The notes under the pieces were generated by a model. It made no database searches. It had not been told where the DNA came from and saw only the letters and a list, made by a program, of their open reading frames with translations. Source: Synechocystis sp. PCC 6803 substr. PCC-P (GTDB lineage: Bacteria > Cyanobacteriota > Cyanobacteriia > Cyanobacteriales > Microcystaceae). Taken from it: a DNA stretch of 32,000 nt. Positions 9,047 to 17,840 of the stretch are shown here, piece after piece (the stretch's first letter is position 1; each line of letters begins with the position of its first letter). The stretch lies in NCBI RefSeq assembly GCF_000284455.1, contig NC_017039.1, positions 2,490,001 to 2,522,000 of the forward strand, written 5' to 3'. A program made the translations under genes and the position numbers.

Positions 9047-11704
9047 TTACTCAGATTTACGGGCAGCAGGGGGAGCGGGTAATCCGGCATTAGCATCGGC
9101 GGGGGCGGCTGCAGGAGCAGCAACTGGGGCCGGAGCACTGACTGCCCTAGGGGGAGCTGAGGGTGCAGAAGCTGGAGCACTAGTCCTAGCAGTTTGGATA
9201 TTACTGGGGCGGGCGGCATCGGTCTGGGTACGGCGATGACGGCGGGGTCGCTCAGTGGTGTTCTGACCGTCTGTTTCCGGTGAGCTAGGAGGAGCAAGGG
9301 TTTTGACCCGACGCTTAATGGGTTCGGCTTTAATGCTGGGTTTACGTTGGTCGAGATTTTTGGGCAGGGCAGGGAAGGATTGCACCGGCATCCCCTTGGT
9401 GGCGTCCCGCATAAATTGTCCCCAAACCATGGCGGCGGTGGTGCTGGCTCCATTGGTGGGGCGACTATTGTCGTTGCCTAACCACACCCCGGTGACCAGT
9501 TGGGGAATATAACCAATAAACCAAAGATCCTTTGCTTCATCCGATGTACCGGTTTTTCCTGCTACTTGGCGATCGCCTAATTGAGCGGGGCGACCAGTAC
9601 CGGAAGTGACGACCCGACGCATCATGGAAGTGAGGATGGCATTGCTTTCGGGATCTAGGGCTTGGGTTTGTTTATGTTCTGCCTTGTACACCACTTCCCC
9701 TTGAGCGTTGACCACATTTTGGATGGCGTAGGGTTGCACATGGGTACCCTTATTGGCAAAGGTACCGTAGGCACTGGTCATTTCCAACGGGGTCATTTCC
9801 CAAGCGCCTAAAGCGAGGGAATAGGTAGGTTCCAGCTTGGAAGTAATCCCCATTTGTCGGGCCAAATTGATGACTGGATTCCAGCCCACATCCAGCAGTA
9901 AGCGCACCGCCACCACATTGACAGAACTGGTGAGAGCATCCGTCAGGGACATGTTGCCGCCAGTATAGCGATCGCCATAGTTGGCCGGTTGGTAGCCGCC
10001 AATGTCAATGGGCACATTAAGGTAACTTTTGTTGGGGGAAATGCCGGAGGCGATCGCCGCTCCGTACAGAATGGGTTTAAAAGTTGATCCTGGTTGTCGT
10101 TTGGCTTGGGTCACTCGGTTAAACTGACTGGCATCGTAGTCTTTGCCACCCACCATCATTTTGATGGCCCCGGTGCGGGGATCCATGGCCACCATGGCCC
10201 CTTCAGAAAACCGCTGCCAACGGCCGTATCTTTTCACCGCATCGCTGAGAACAGTTTGGGCTTCCTCTTGCCATTGTTGATTGAGGGTAGTGTTCACAGT
10301 TAATCCCCCCTGTTGCAGTTCTTCTTCCGGTAATTTGGCCCGCAACTCATCCAAAATATAGTCAGCAAAAAATTCCGCCTCCCGGTTAAAGCGCTTCAGG
10401 GGACTGGGGTTGATTACTAAGGGTTCGGCGATCGCCGCCTGGGCCTCTGCGGGGGTAATAAAACCCACTTCTGCCATGCGGTTCAACACTTCATTACGGC
10501 GACGGGTAGCTAGCTCCAAATTTTGTCGGGGGGAATAAACACTGGGGGCTGGTACTACTCCCGCTAAAGTGGCCGCCTCCCCTAGGGTCAACTCTTCCGG
10601 AGTCTTGCTGAAATAGGCATGGGCCGCATCTGCTACCCCGTAGGCCCCAGAGCCCAGATAGATCAAGTTTAGATAGCGTTCCAAAATTTGATCTTTGGGT
10701 AAGGCAGTCTCAATTTTTTGAGCCAATCGCACCTCCTTCAATTTCCTGGCTAGGGTGCGGTCTTGGGTAAGAAACACGAGGCGGGCTAACTGTTGGGTAA
10801 TGGTACTGCCTCCTTGCATTACGCCCCCGGATTGCACATTGGACAGGGACGCCCGCATAATGCCCTGGAGATCAATGCCCCGGTGTTCCCGGAAGCGACT
10901 ATCTTCACTGGCAACGAATGCCTGCTCCACTAGGGGCGGAATTTCCCCCATGGTGACTTTATCGTGGCTGACATTACCAATTTCCTGGAGAATGGCCCCA
11001 TTGGCCGCCTTGATGGTCATGGTTCCCCTAGGGGCATAGGTGACCACATCGGCGATCGCCACCTGGGTCATGGTTTCCAACTGGTAAAAGCCCCAGGCCA
11101 AAGCGGAAGTTCCCATGCCGGCCCCCAAGCCAAAACCAAATACCAACCAAAATCGAGGCTGTTGAGTTAATTGGGAAACCGATCGCCCAACGTTTTTTAG
11201 TCCGGTGACCAAAGCAAGGGGCGTTTTGGGCGCAGACTGTTTATGTTTACCCCTTTTGCGGCGGCGACGGCGGCGGCTCCCCCTCTCCAATGTATTGTCG
11301 GCAGAGGATAGGGGAACGGACGTAACTTGCTCAGCAGTGACGGTAGATGCCCCAGGTTCACTACCATTACCATTGCTTTTGTTTTGCTCCGCTGCTGCTG
11401 CTCCATTGGCTGAGCTATGGTGTTGAACGTTTTGAATATTAATGGCTGTAACCATTTCCCTGCCCCTGCCATAACCCGGTTCCAGTTCGGCGGCATCGCC
11501 ATCCCCAGGGAAAATTAACCCATCATCGCCATCGACAGAATTTTGCGCTTCAGACTCAAGATGTTGTGCAACCTGTGCAACGGGGAGAGTCTTTTCCTCG
11601 ATCGCCGAAGATTTAACCTCTTCCTCCACTTCCAATGTGTTCGCTAACTGGTGGAGAAAGTTGACGGTAGAGCGCTTAAGTTTGCGGGAGAAGGATTTAA
11701 ACAC
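9047..11704 (-). CDS. Class A penicillin-binding protein (bifunctional GT51 transglycosylase / transpeptidase; probably sll0002)
   Basis: 885 aa with a GTG start. GT51 motifs: EDSRFREHRGID, GGSTITQQL, RKLKE. Transpeptidase motifs: STFKP (SxxK), SVN (SxN), KTGTS (KTG). A single TM helix FWLVFGFGLGAGMGTSALAWGFY follows a run of RRRRRRKRGKHK. Confidence 0.93.
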   Translation of the reverse strand: MFKSFSRKLKRSTVNFLHQLANTLEVEEEVKSSAIEEKTLPVAQVAQHLESEAQNSVDGDDGLIFPGDGDAAELEPGYGRGREMVTAINIQNVQHHSSANGAAAAEQNKSNGNGSEPGASTVTAEQVTSVPLSSADNTLERGSRRRRRRKRGKHKQSAPKTPLALVTGLKNVGRSVSQLTQQPRFWLVFGFGLGAGMGTSALAWGFYQLETMTQVAIADVVTYAPRGTMTIKAANGAILQEIGNVSHDKVTMGEIPPLVEQAFVASEDSRFREHRGIDLQGIMRASLSNVQSGGVMQGGSTITQQLARLVFLTQDRTLARKLKEVRLAQKIETALPKDQILERYLNLIYLGSGAYGVADAAHAYFSKTPEELTLGEAATLAGVVPAPSVYSPRQNLELATRRRNEVLNRMAEVGFITPAEAQAAIAEPLVINPSPLKRFNREAEFFADYILDELRAKLPEEELQQGGLTVNTTLNQQWQEEAQTVLSDAVKRYGRWQRFSEGAMVAMDPRTGAIKMMVGGKDYDASQFNRVTQAKRQPGSTFKPILYGAAIASGISPNKSYLNVPIDIGGYQPANYGDRYTGGNMSLTDALTSSVNVVAVRLLLDVGWNPVINLARQMGITSKLEPTYSLALGAWEMTPLEMTSAYGTFANKGTHVQPYAIQNVVNAQGEVVYKAEHKQTQALDPESNAILTSMMRRVVTSGTGRPAQLGDRQVAGKTGTSDEAKDLWFIGYIPQLVTGVWLGNDNSRPTNGASTTAAMVWGQFMRDATKGMPVQSFPALPKNLDQRKPSIKAEPIKRRVKTLAPPSSPETDGQNTTERPRRHRRTQTDAARPSNIQTARTSAPASAPSAPPRAVSAPAPVAAPAAAPADANAGLPAPPAARKSE

Positions 11705-11930
11705 GGCGGTGGATAGGCACGGGAAGGCCGAATTTGGTTAAAAAGGACAAACCTAACAGCTAAATAGCTTCGCCGACAAGCCCTTTCCTAATGTATCTCC
11801 TACCATTATGTCAAGGAAAATTTCAGTAAGGGCAAATCTAAAGTGCAGATTAGGGACTGGAGAAACAGTCCTGGCCAATCCTAACTAAGCTATGGAATCA
11901 ACGGTTAGCTTTTCCAGTTTAATTCTGATA

Positions 11931-12015
11931 CGGAGAGGGGGGGATTCGAACCCCCGTTGAGTTGCCCCAAAACAGATTTCGAGTCTGCCGCATTCAACCG
12001 CTCTGCCACCTCTCC
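11931..12015 (-). tRNA. tRNA-Ser (anticodon CGA), class II with a long variable arm; 3' CCA not encoded
   Basis: The reverse complement folds by hand into a cloverleaf: acceptor GGAGAGG/CCTCTCC, anticodon stem GCAGA/TCTGT with loop CT-CGA-AA, variable arm TTGGG-GCAA-CTCAA, T arm GGGGG-TTCGAAT-CCCCC, discriminator G. The next bases downstream are TAT, not CCA. Confidence 0.9.
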
Positions 12016-12240
12016 AGGGAATTCTTGAGAAGGATTTCTGCAATTTTCCGCCCCCATCTTAGCGCAGATTTGCCGTGGGTTATTCTGGGCTTCAGGTATT
12101 GGGGTAGAATACGGGGATTGTTGACGACCATGGCCTTGCCGTCAGTTAGACCCAGAAACGACACCACGAATCTAGTCTCTCTGAGGTGTGCCTGGGGATT
12201 CGCCCTCACCTCCAGTATAAATTCCTGACTGCCGATCGCC

Positions 12241-13869
12241 GTGACTACCCAAATCCCCGTTCCCCCCGTTGTAAGCGACCAGGCTCTGCCGGACCGCATA
12301 TCCGATCGCCTCAAGGGGCAGATCATCGTTATTTTAGACTTTGGCTCCCAGTATTCGGAACTAATTGCCCGACGCATCCGGGAAACTGAAGTTTATTCCG
12401 AAGTTTTGTCCTACCGCACCACGGCGCAACAGTTGCGGGAAATTAAGCCCAAAGGCATTATCCTTTCCGGTGGCCCCAATTCCGTTTACGACCAGGGGGC
12501 TCCCGAGTGTGACCCAGAAATTTTTCAGTTAGGCGTTCCTGTGTTGGGAGTCTGCTATGGCATGCAACTGATGGTTAAACAGTTGGGCGGCCGGGTGGAG
12601 CGGGCCAAGCGGGGGGAATATGGCAAAGCGAGTCTGCACATCGACGACCCCACTGATTTGCTCACCAATGTAGAAAACGACAGTACCATGTGGATGAGCC
12701 ATGGGGATTCCTGTGTGGATCTGCCGACGGGCTTTGAAATCCTCGCCCACACGGACAATACTCCCTGTGCAGCGATCGCCGATCATCAAAAGGCTTTGTT
12801 TGGGGTACAGTTTCACCCGGAAGTGGTGCATTCTGTGGGGGGCATTGCCCTCATCCGCAACTTTGTCTATCACATTTGCCACTGTGAACCCACTTGGACC
12901 ACCGCCGCTTTCATTGAAGAATCCATTCGGGAAGTCCGTTCCCAAGTAGGTGATCGCCGAGTTTTATTAGCCCTTTCCGGTGGGGTAGACTCATCCACTT
13001 TGGCTTTTCTGCTCCATCGGGCGATCGGGGATAACCTCACCTGTATGTTCATTGACCAAGGTTTCATGCGTAAAGGGGAGCCGGAAAGGTTAGTGGAACT
13101 ATTTGATCACCAGTTTCATATCCCGGTCCAATACGTCAACGCCCGCGACCGTTTCCTCAAGCAACTGGAAGGAGTAACGGACCCAGAGGAAAAACGTCGG
13201 CTGATTGGGCACGAATTTATCCAGGTATTTGAAGAAGAGTCCAACCGTCTTGGGCCCTTTGATTACTTGGCCCAGGGAACCCTTTATCCCGACGTAATCG
13301 AATCGGCTGATAGTAACGTGGACCCGAAAACCGGCGAACGGGTGGCGGTAAAAATTAAAAGTCACCACAACGTCGGAGGTTTACCCAAAAATCTCCGCTT
13401 TAAACTGGTGGAACCCCTCCGCAAACTATTCAAAGACGAAGTAAGAAAATTAGGTCGCTCCATTGGTTTACCAGAAGAAATTGTCCGTCGTCATCCTTTC
13501 CCTGGCCCTGGCCTAGCCATTCGTATCATTGGCGAAGTTACCTCAGAGCGGCTTAATATTTTGCGGGATGCGGACTTCATTGTGCGGGACGAAATTTCCA
13601 AACGGGGTATTTACCATGACTATTGGCAAGCTTTTGCTGTACTGTTACCCATCCGCAGCGTGGGGGTAATGGGGGACAAACGCACCTATGCTCACCCCGT
13701 TGTTCTACGCTTTATCACCAGTGAAGACGGTATGACCGCCGATTGGGCCCGGGTTCCCTACGATATTCTCGAAGCCATTTCCAACCGCATTGTCAACGAA
13801 GTTAAGGGGGTTAACCGGGTAGTTTATGACATCACGTCCAAGCCCCCTGGCACTATCGAGTGGGAATGA
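12241..13869 (+). CDS. guaA: GMP synthase (glutamine-hydrolysing)
   Basis: 542 aa with a GTG start. The GATase domain has the Cys nucleophile GVCYGMQ and FHPE. The ATP-PPase P-loop is SGGVDSS. The C-terminal end reads PPGTIEWE. Confidence 0.95.
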   Translation: MTTQIPVPPVVSDQALPDRISDRLKGQIIVILDFGSQYSELIARRIRETEVYSEVLSYRTTAQQLREIKPKGIILSGGPNSVYDQGAPECDPEIFQLGVPVLGVCYGMQLMVKQLGGRVERAKRGEYGKASLHIDDPTDLLTNVENDSTMWMSHGDSCVDLPTGFEILAHTDNTPCAAIADHQKALFGVQFHPEVVHSVGGIALIRNFVYHICHCEPTWTTAAFIEESIREVRSQVGDRRVLLALSGGVDSSTLAFLLHRAIGDNLTCMFIDQGFMRKGEPERLVELFDHQFHIPVQYVNARDRFLKQLEGVTDPEEKRRLIGHEFIQVFEEESNRLGPFDYLAQGTLYPDVIESADSNVDPKTGERVAVKIKSHHNVGGLPKNLRFKLVEPLRKLFKDEVRKLGRSIGLPEEIVRRHPFPGPGLAIRIIGEVTSERLNILRDADFIVRDEISKRGIYHDYWQAFAVLLPIRSVGVMGDKRTYAHPVVLRFITSEDGMTADWARVPYDILEAISNRIVNEVKGVNRVVYDITSKPPGTIEWE

Positions 13870-13878
13870 TCAGAACAA

Positions 13879-13910
13879 TGGGGAAGACATAAATAAATTC
13901 CCCAATTTTT
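13879..13910 (+). terminator. Candidate intrinsic terminator downstream of guaA
   Basis: A 7-bp stem TGGGGAA (13879-13885) / TTCCCCA (13898-13904) with a 12-nt loop, followed by AATTTTT (T-run at 13906-13910). It begins 10 nt after the guaA stop. Confidence 0.55.
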
Positions 13911-13956
13911 AAGCAACGAAGTCAAATTTAAGCGCTAGAAGAAAACCAGAAAAACC

Positions 13957-15231
13957 ATGGCCAGACCCATTGCCATCGACTTGTTTGCGGGCTGTGGTGG
14001 CATGTCCTTGGGTTTAGAAGCCGCTGGATTTGATATTGCCGCCGCGGTGGAATTTGATGCAGTGCATTGTTTGGTCCATCATCATAATTTTCCCTATGGT
14101 GTTACTATCTGTCGGGATATTGCTCTGGTAAGTGCGGGCGAAATTCTAAGAAAGTTAAATAATAAAGGTTATTCAAGCGATATAGACCTGATTGCTGGAG
14201 GCCCTCCCTGTCAAGGCTTTTCCCTCATGGGTAAAAGGCAGTTGGATGATCCTCGTAACTCCTTGGTGTTTGAATATGTGCGAATGATTCGGGATCTCAA
14301 ACCCAAATATTTTTTATTTGAAAATGTTCCCGGTATGCGATCGGGGCAACATAAAAAATTTTTAGAGGAATTAGTTAGGGAATTTGAAACCATTGGTTAC
14401 CACATCGAAAAACCAATTTTAGTGCTAGATGCGTCCCTCTATGGTGCTCCCCAAAAACGAAAAAGGTTGATTATTCTCGGCTCCAGAAAAGATGTCAAGC
14501 CTGTCACCTATCCCCTTCCACTCTATTTTGACGTTGCTGAATTAAAACAAAGTAATTGTTCTGAAAAATCAGTTTCTAACATAGCTTATAAACCGCCATT
14601 TACCTGTGGAGAAGCCATTGATGATCTAGTTGACCATACACCCTATGCAGTAGGAGAAGACCAAGGTATTCCATCAGAATTATTGGATTATTCAGCCCTG
14701 AGAAAAAGTTATGCCATCCATGCAAATGGAGCATTTTCCCTCTGCCATAAGCGCCAAGTTAATAATTTAGTTTATGGCCATATTGGTTCTCAACATACTG
14801 AAAAATCAATGAAAAGATTTGCGGATACTGTCCCTGGAACGGTGGAAAGAACCAGTCGCTTTCTGCGGCTATCAAAAACTGGTTTATGTAATACCCTGAG
14901 GGCCGGCACTGCTAGTGATAAGGGTGCTTATACCGCCCCTAGGCCAATACACTACGCCTTACCTAGATGTATAACTGTGAGAGAAGCGGCCAGACTCCAT
15001 ACCTATCCGGATTGGTTTCAGTTCCACAACACCATCTGGCACGGCTTTCGGGAAATTGGTAACTCCGTCGTACCTTTGCTGGCTAAGGTTTTGGGAGAAC
15101 AGGTTATGGCCGCATTGAATTGTTCTGTTGAGGATTTGCCGGTTTATGAACTGGAGCCCCAAGACCGAACATTACTACATTACAATTTGCCCCAGGCTAG
15201 TCGATATTTATGTGCCAAATCCCATTCCTAA
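13957..15231 (+). CDS. DNA (cytosine-5)-methyltransferase, Dcm-type, orphan (probably slr0214 = M.Ssp6803I)
   Basis: 424 aa with canonical m5C-MTase motifs in order: I DLFAGCGG, IV GGPPCQGFS, VI FLFENVPGM, VIII QKRKRLIILG, X REIGNSVVPLLA. No nuclease-like ORF lies on either side; the neighbours are guaA and uppP. Confidence 0.93.
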   Translation: MARPIAIDLFAGCGGMSLGLEAAGFDIAAAVEFDAVHCLVHHHNFPYGVTICRDIALVSAGEILRKLNNKGYSSDIDLIAGGPPCQGFSLMGKRQLDDPRNSLVFEYVRMIRDLKPKYFLFENVPGMRSGQHKKFLEELVREFETIGYHIEKPILVLDASLYGAPQKRKRLIILGSRKDVKPVTYPLPLYFDVAELKQSNCSEKSVSNIAYKPPFTCGEAIDDLVDHTPYAVGEDQGIPSELLDYSALRKSYAIHANGAFSLCHKRQVNNLVYGHIGSQHTEKSMKRFADTVPGTVERTSRFLRLSKTGLCNTLRAGTASDKGAYTAPRPIHYALPRCITVREAARLHTYPDWFQFHNTIWHGFREIGNSVVPLLAKVLGEQVMAALNCSVEDLPVYELEPQDRTLLHYNLPQASRYLCAKSHS

Positions 15232-16242
15232 AGCAGTTAGAATTACCACTCCAAAAATTAGACGGTACCAAACAAAAATCCAGGTGCTACGTTTTTGCAA
15301 AAATTTGATCAGCCAGGCGATCGCCAGATAGGAAAAAACAGCAGAGGAAATGGTGCCAACAATGAGGGGGAGGATTGCATCGTTACTGAGATTTTTGTCC
15401 AGTAGACCCTTTAATTCCACTAGACCAGCGATAGTAATGGCCGGGATGCCCAGCAGAAAAGAAAAACGGGCAGCGGCGGCCCGCTCTAGATTGATAAATA
15501 AACCAGCAGTTAAGGTCGAGCCGGAACGGGATACTCCGGGAATCAGGGCTAGGGCTTGGGCGGTGCCCATAATTAACCCATCCTGCCAGCGTAATTTTTC
15601 AAAGGGACGGCGATGGGTGCCCAATTTTTCTGCCAGGGCTAGCAATAGGGCCATGACAATGGAGGCGATCGCAATGGTGCTCAAACTGCGGAAGAAGGAA
15701 TTGTCCAAGTCTTGCACTAACAGTTTCATTAATAGTCCAAAGAAAACAATGGGAATGGTGCCCAAACCAATACCCAGACCTAATTTAAATTCGAGGGAAT
15801 CGTATTGGCGAGTTTGCACAGCTTTGATAATGCCCTTAGCAATGCCGGTTAAATCTTCCCAGAAGTACCAAAATACGGCTCCAATGCTACCCAATTGAAT
15901 AACGGCGGTGAACGCCACCCCTGGATCGCCCCAACCTAAAGCCATGGGCACTGCTTTTAAATGGGCTGTACTACTAATGGGTAGAAATTCCGTTGCCCCC
16001 TGAATAAAGCCCAACACAAAGGCTTGGAACAGATTAATGGATATGCCATTAGATATTACCCCCGTCTCCACTGCCTCGCTGGGAAGGATGGGCTGGGCCA
16101 CTGCAATCCCCCAAGCTTGATGATAAACAACGGCGATCGCCACACTGAGACTAAAGGCACTGAGAAAATTTAATTGGCGGGGGGACATTAACTGTCGATG
16201 ATAATCGGGACTCAAAGATCCTAGCCTATAGTGGCAGAGCAA
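15208..16242 (-). CDS. uppP: Undecaprenyl-diphosphate phosphatase (BacA/UppP) with an N-terminal extension; start uncertain
   Basis: Signature motifs GATEFLPISSTAHL and PGVSRSGSTL, and multiple TM helices. About 65 aa precede the conserved core. There is an alternative ATG at 16188 (MSPRQLNFL...). Confidence 0.88.
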   Translation of the reverse strand: MLCHYRLGSLSPDYHRQLMSPRQLNFLSAFSLSVAIAVVYHQAWGIAVAQPILPSEAVETGVISNGISINLFQAFVLGFIQGATEFLPISSTAHLKAVPMALGWGDPGVAFTAVIQLGSIGAVFWYFWEDLTGIAKGIIKAVQTRQYDSLEFKLGLGIGLGTIPIVFFGLLMKLLVQDLDNSFFRSLSTIAIASIVMALLLALAEKLGTHRRPFEKLRWQDGLIMGTAQALALIPGVSRSGSTLTAGLFINLERAAAARFSFLLGIPAITIAGLVELKGLLDKNLSNDAILPLIVGTISSAVFSYLAIAWLIKFLQKRSTWIFVWYRLIFGVVILTALGMGFGT

Positions 16243-16302
16243 TTTCTTGAAACGTTTTTAAACTGTCCCCTAGAATTGTGATCGCCCCACCGTTGCAACT
16301 CC

Positions 16303-16860
16303 ATGGCTTTTCCTATCCTCGTCACCGGCCCCAGTCGTTCAGGTAAAAGTGAATGGGCCGAACATCTTGCAGCGCAAAACCATCCATCCGTTATCTACAT
16401 TGCCACTGGCAAGGAAAATGCCGCGGACGTAGACTGGCAAAATCGCATTCAACAACATCGCGATCGCCGTCCGTCCCATTGGCAAACGTTATGCGTAGAC
16501 CAGAATTTGACTGACACTCTAGAAACCCTACCGGCGGGAAGTTGTGCCTTAGTGGACTCCCTGGGAGGGTGGGTAGCCAATACCCTAGAGCTATCTCCAG
16601 AGCAATGGCAAACTAAACAAAGGGAATTGATCACTTTTGCGACACAGGGGCAAAATACTCCCATAACTATTATCTTTGTGGCCGAAGAAACGGGGTGGGG
16701 GGTGATTCCAGTCTATGCCTTAGGACGCATTTTTCGGGACCGTTTGGGCGCCCTCACTCGTCAACTGGGGGGACTTTGTGGTCAAGTTTACCTCGTGACC
16801 GGCGGTTATGCAGTGGATTTGCGCCGATGGGGAGAACCCCTACCGCCACCAAGGGATTGA
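16303..16860 (+). CDS. cobU: Adenosylcobinamide kinase / adenosylcobinamide-phosphate guanylyltransferase (CobU/CobP)
   Basis: 185 aa. The N-terminal P-loop is ILVTGPSRSGKSEWAE. Later segments VDSLGGWVAN and FVAEETGWGVIP are typical of the family. Confidence 0.85.
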   Translation: MAFPILVTGPSRSGKSEWAEHLAAQNHPSVIYIATGKENAADVDWQNRIQQHRDRRPSHWQTLCVDQNLTDTLETLPAGSCALVDSLGGWVANTLELSPEQWQTKQRELITFATQGQNTPITIIFVAEETGWGVIPVYALGRIFRDRLGALTRQLGGLCGQVYLVTGGYAVDLRRWGEPLPPPRD

Positions 16861-16987
16861 TGAGCAAAACTGAAGTAATCATTAAGTTGTTGTAAACAAA
16901 TATCAGTCCCCACTCAGGAATCGTTAACATGGAGGCCAGCCGCACAGCAGGAGGAAACTTCTGGATTTTTCAGGAGTATTATTCACC

Positions 16988-17410
16988 ATGGCAGACGCCA
17001 TTGAAGTTAAAAATTATCTAGGTCACTGGTTTCAGCTTGGCCGGGCAGTAATCTTTCCCAAAAGTAATGAGGTCGTTTTACCCAGTCCGATTTTTGCTGG
17101 CCAACGATTCTCCCGAGCCTTCGAAGATTGTTGGCAACGCATCCTCACTAGTCGGGAAGATTGTTATCTAGAAGGGACGGAACAAACCCTCCAAAGCCTA
17201 CTTAGCGGTGATTGGGAAATTATCAGTTGTGCCCGCTGTGCGTTGCCGGTGCCCCTGTCCCACAGTCAAATTCCCAATTCTCTTTGTCCTTGTGTTGAGG
17301 TGGAATCCTGGCCGAATTTGGAGTTACCATTGCCCCGCCTACCGGCCAATCAAGTTTGCACCCTAAGAAAAGTTCAGGAGCGGCTGATCCGACAGGAGGA
17401 GGGAGACTGA
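16988..17410 (+). CDS. Hypothetical Cys-rich protein (140 aa), function unknown
   Basis: ATG-initiated ORF in the only long frame in this interval, not antisense to any other gene. It has seven Cys residues, including CARC (CxxC) and CPC (CxC) 16 residues apart. I recognise no family. Confidence 0.55.
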   Translation: MADAIEVKNYLGHWFQLGRAVIFPKSNEVVLPSPIFAGQRFSRAFEDCWQRILTSREDCYLEGTEQTLQSLLSGDWEIISCARCALPVPLSHSQIPNSLCPCVEVESWPNLELPLPRLPANQVCTLRKVQERLIRQEEGD

Positions 17411-17591
17411 CCAATGTTCACATGGACAATGTGTTTGCTGTTCGATCGCCTTTGAGTAGACTGGGGGACACTGGCTGGGCTAGAAATTTTCCAGCATCGA
17501 CAAAAGTGAATGGATGCCCGAGAATCACAGGCAAAATCTGCCTGGGCACTGCTTCAAAACCGTAGAAAAGGTTAAATTACCGGATTTTTGA

Positions 17592-17619
17592 TTGCCAAGG
17601 CTGGCCAATAGATTAGAAT
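17592..17619 (+). promoter_or_regulatory. Candidate sigma70-type promoter (TTGCCA-16 nt-TAGAAT) upstream of the small membrane ORF
   Basis: TTGCCA at 17592-17597 and TAGAAT at 17614-17619 with a 16-nt spacer. The -10 element ends 29 nt before the ATG at 17649. No experimental support is available here. Confidence 0.3.
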
Positions 17620-17648
17620 GTAACGGAAAGGTTTACATTTTGTTACAT

Positions 17649-17840
17649 ATGTTGGTGCCCATTCTCATTTTTGATGTGGCTTTGGTGGCCTGGTCCCTCC
17701 ACCTTATGCAACAGGCGATCGAAGAGCAGGAATTTTCTTTGATGCTGGCCGGAACTCTCGTAGCAGCAGCGGCGGCCGCCACATTGGTGGTTTATTTTCT
17801 CATGGGCCATTGTTTATCTCAATTGAGCCAGACTCTTTGA
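17649..17840 (+). CDS. Possible small membrane protein (63 aa, two predicted TM helices)
   Basis: The ATG at 17649 gives MLVPILIFDVALVAWSLHLM...FSLMLAGTLVAAAAAATLVVYFLMGHCL.... That is two hydrophobic helices joined by the charged loop QQAIEEQE. The ORF track starts earlier, at a TTG at 17592. No homolog recognised, so it could be spurious. Confidence 0.35.
   Translation: MLVPILIFDVALVAWSLHLMQQAIEEQEFSLMLAGTLVAAAAAATLVVYFLMGHCLSQLSQTL

Noticed and set aside
9043-9453. 136-aa Pro-rich ORF on the same strand as the PBP 3' end, in another frame. Related ORFs lie at 11197-11502 and 11205-11426.
   Set aside because: These are frame-shifted readings of the low-complexity Ala/Pro- and Arg-coding parts of the PBP gene. 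The PBP frame carries the conserved motifs.
12105-12240. TAGAAT at 12105-12110 implying a ~125-nt guaA leader, possibly a riboswitch.
   Set aside because: There is no convincing -35 element, no recognisable purine or other riboswitch core, and a second -10-like TATAAA lies about 22 nt before the start codon. The evidence is insufficient.
11962-12377. ORFs 11962-12228 (+) and 11994-12377 (-), spanning the tRNA-Ser gene and the guaA upstream region.
   Set aside because: They overlap a well-folding tRNA and the start of guaA. They have non-ATG starts and no motifs. The interval is better explained as a divergent tRNA/guaA promoter region.
13957-15231. The methyltransferase gene itself contains no HIP1 and only one CGATCG, which could suggest foreign origin.
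   Set aside because: At about one HIP1 per kb, a 1.3-kb HIP1-free stretch is expected fairly often (probability about 0.3), so this is not significant alone.
15350-15898. 182-aa ORF on the plus strand inside uppP. Similar long antisense ORFs occur at 25490-26047 (185 aa, inside trmFO), 21772-22212 (146 aa, inside glyS), 12529-12945 (138 aa, inside guaA) and 4522-4845 (inside the ABC1 kinase).
   Set aside because: All are fully antisense to genes with strong family motifs. Their translations are Ser/Arg/Pro-rich with no recognisable motifs, which is typical of shadow ORFs opposite real genes.
16243-16302. Possible cobalamin riboswitch upstream of cobU.
   Set aside because: Only 60 bp separate cobU from the divergent uppP ORF, far too short for a B12 element (about 200 nt). 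No B12-box-like sequence was seen.
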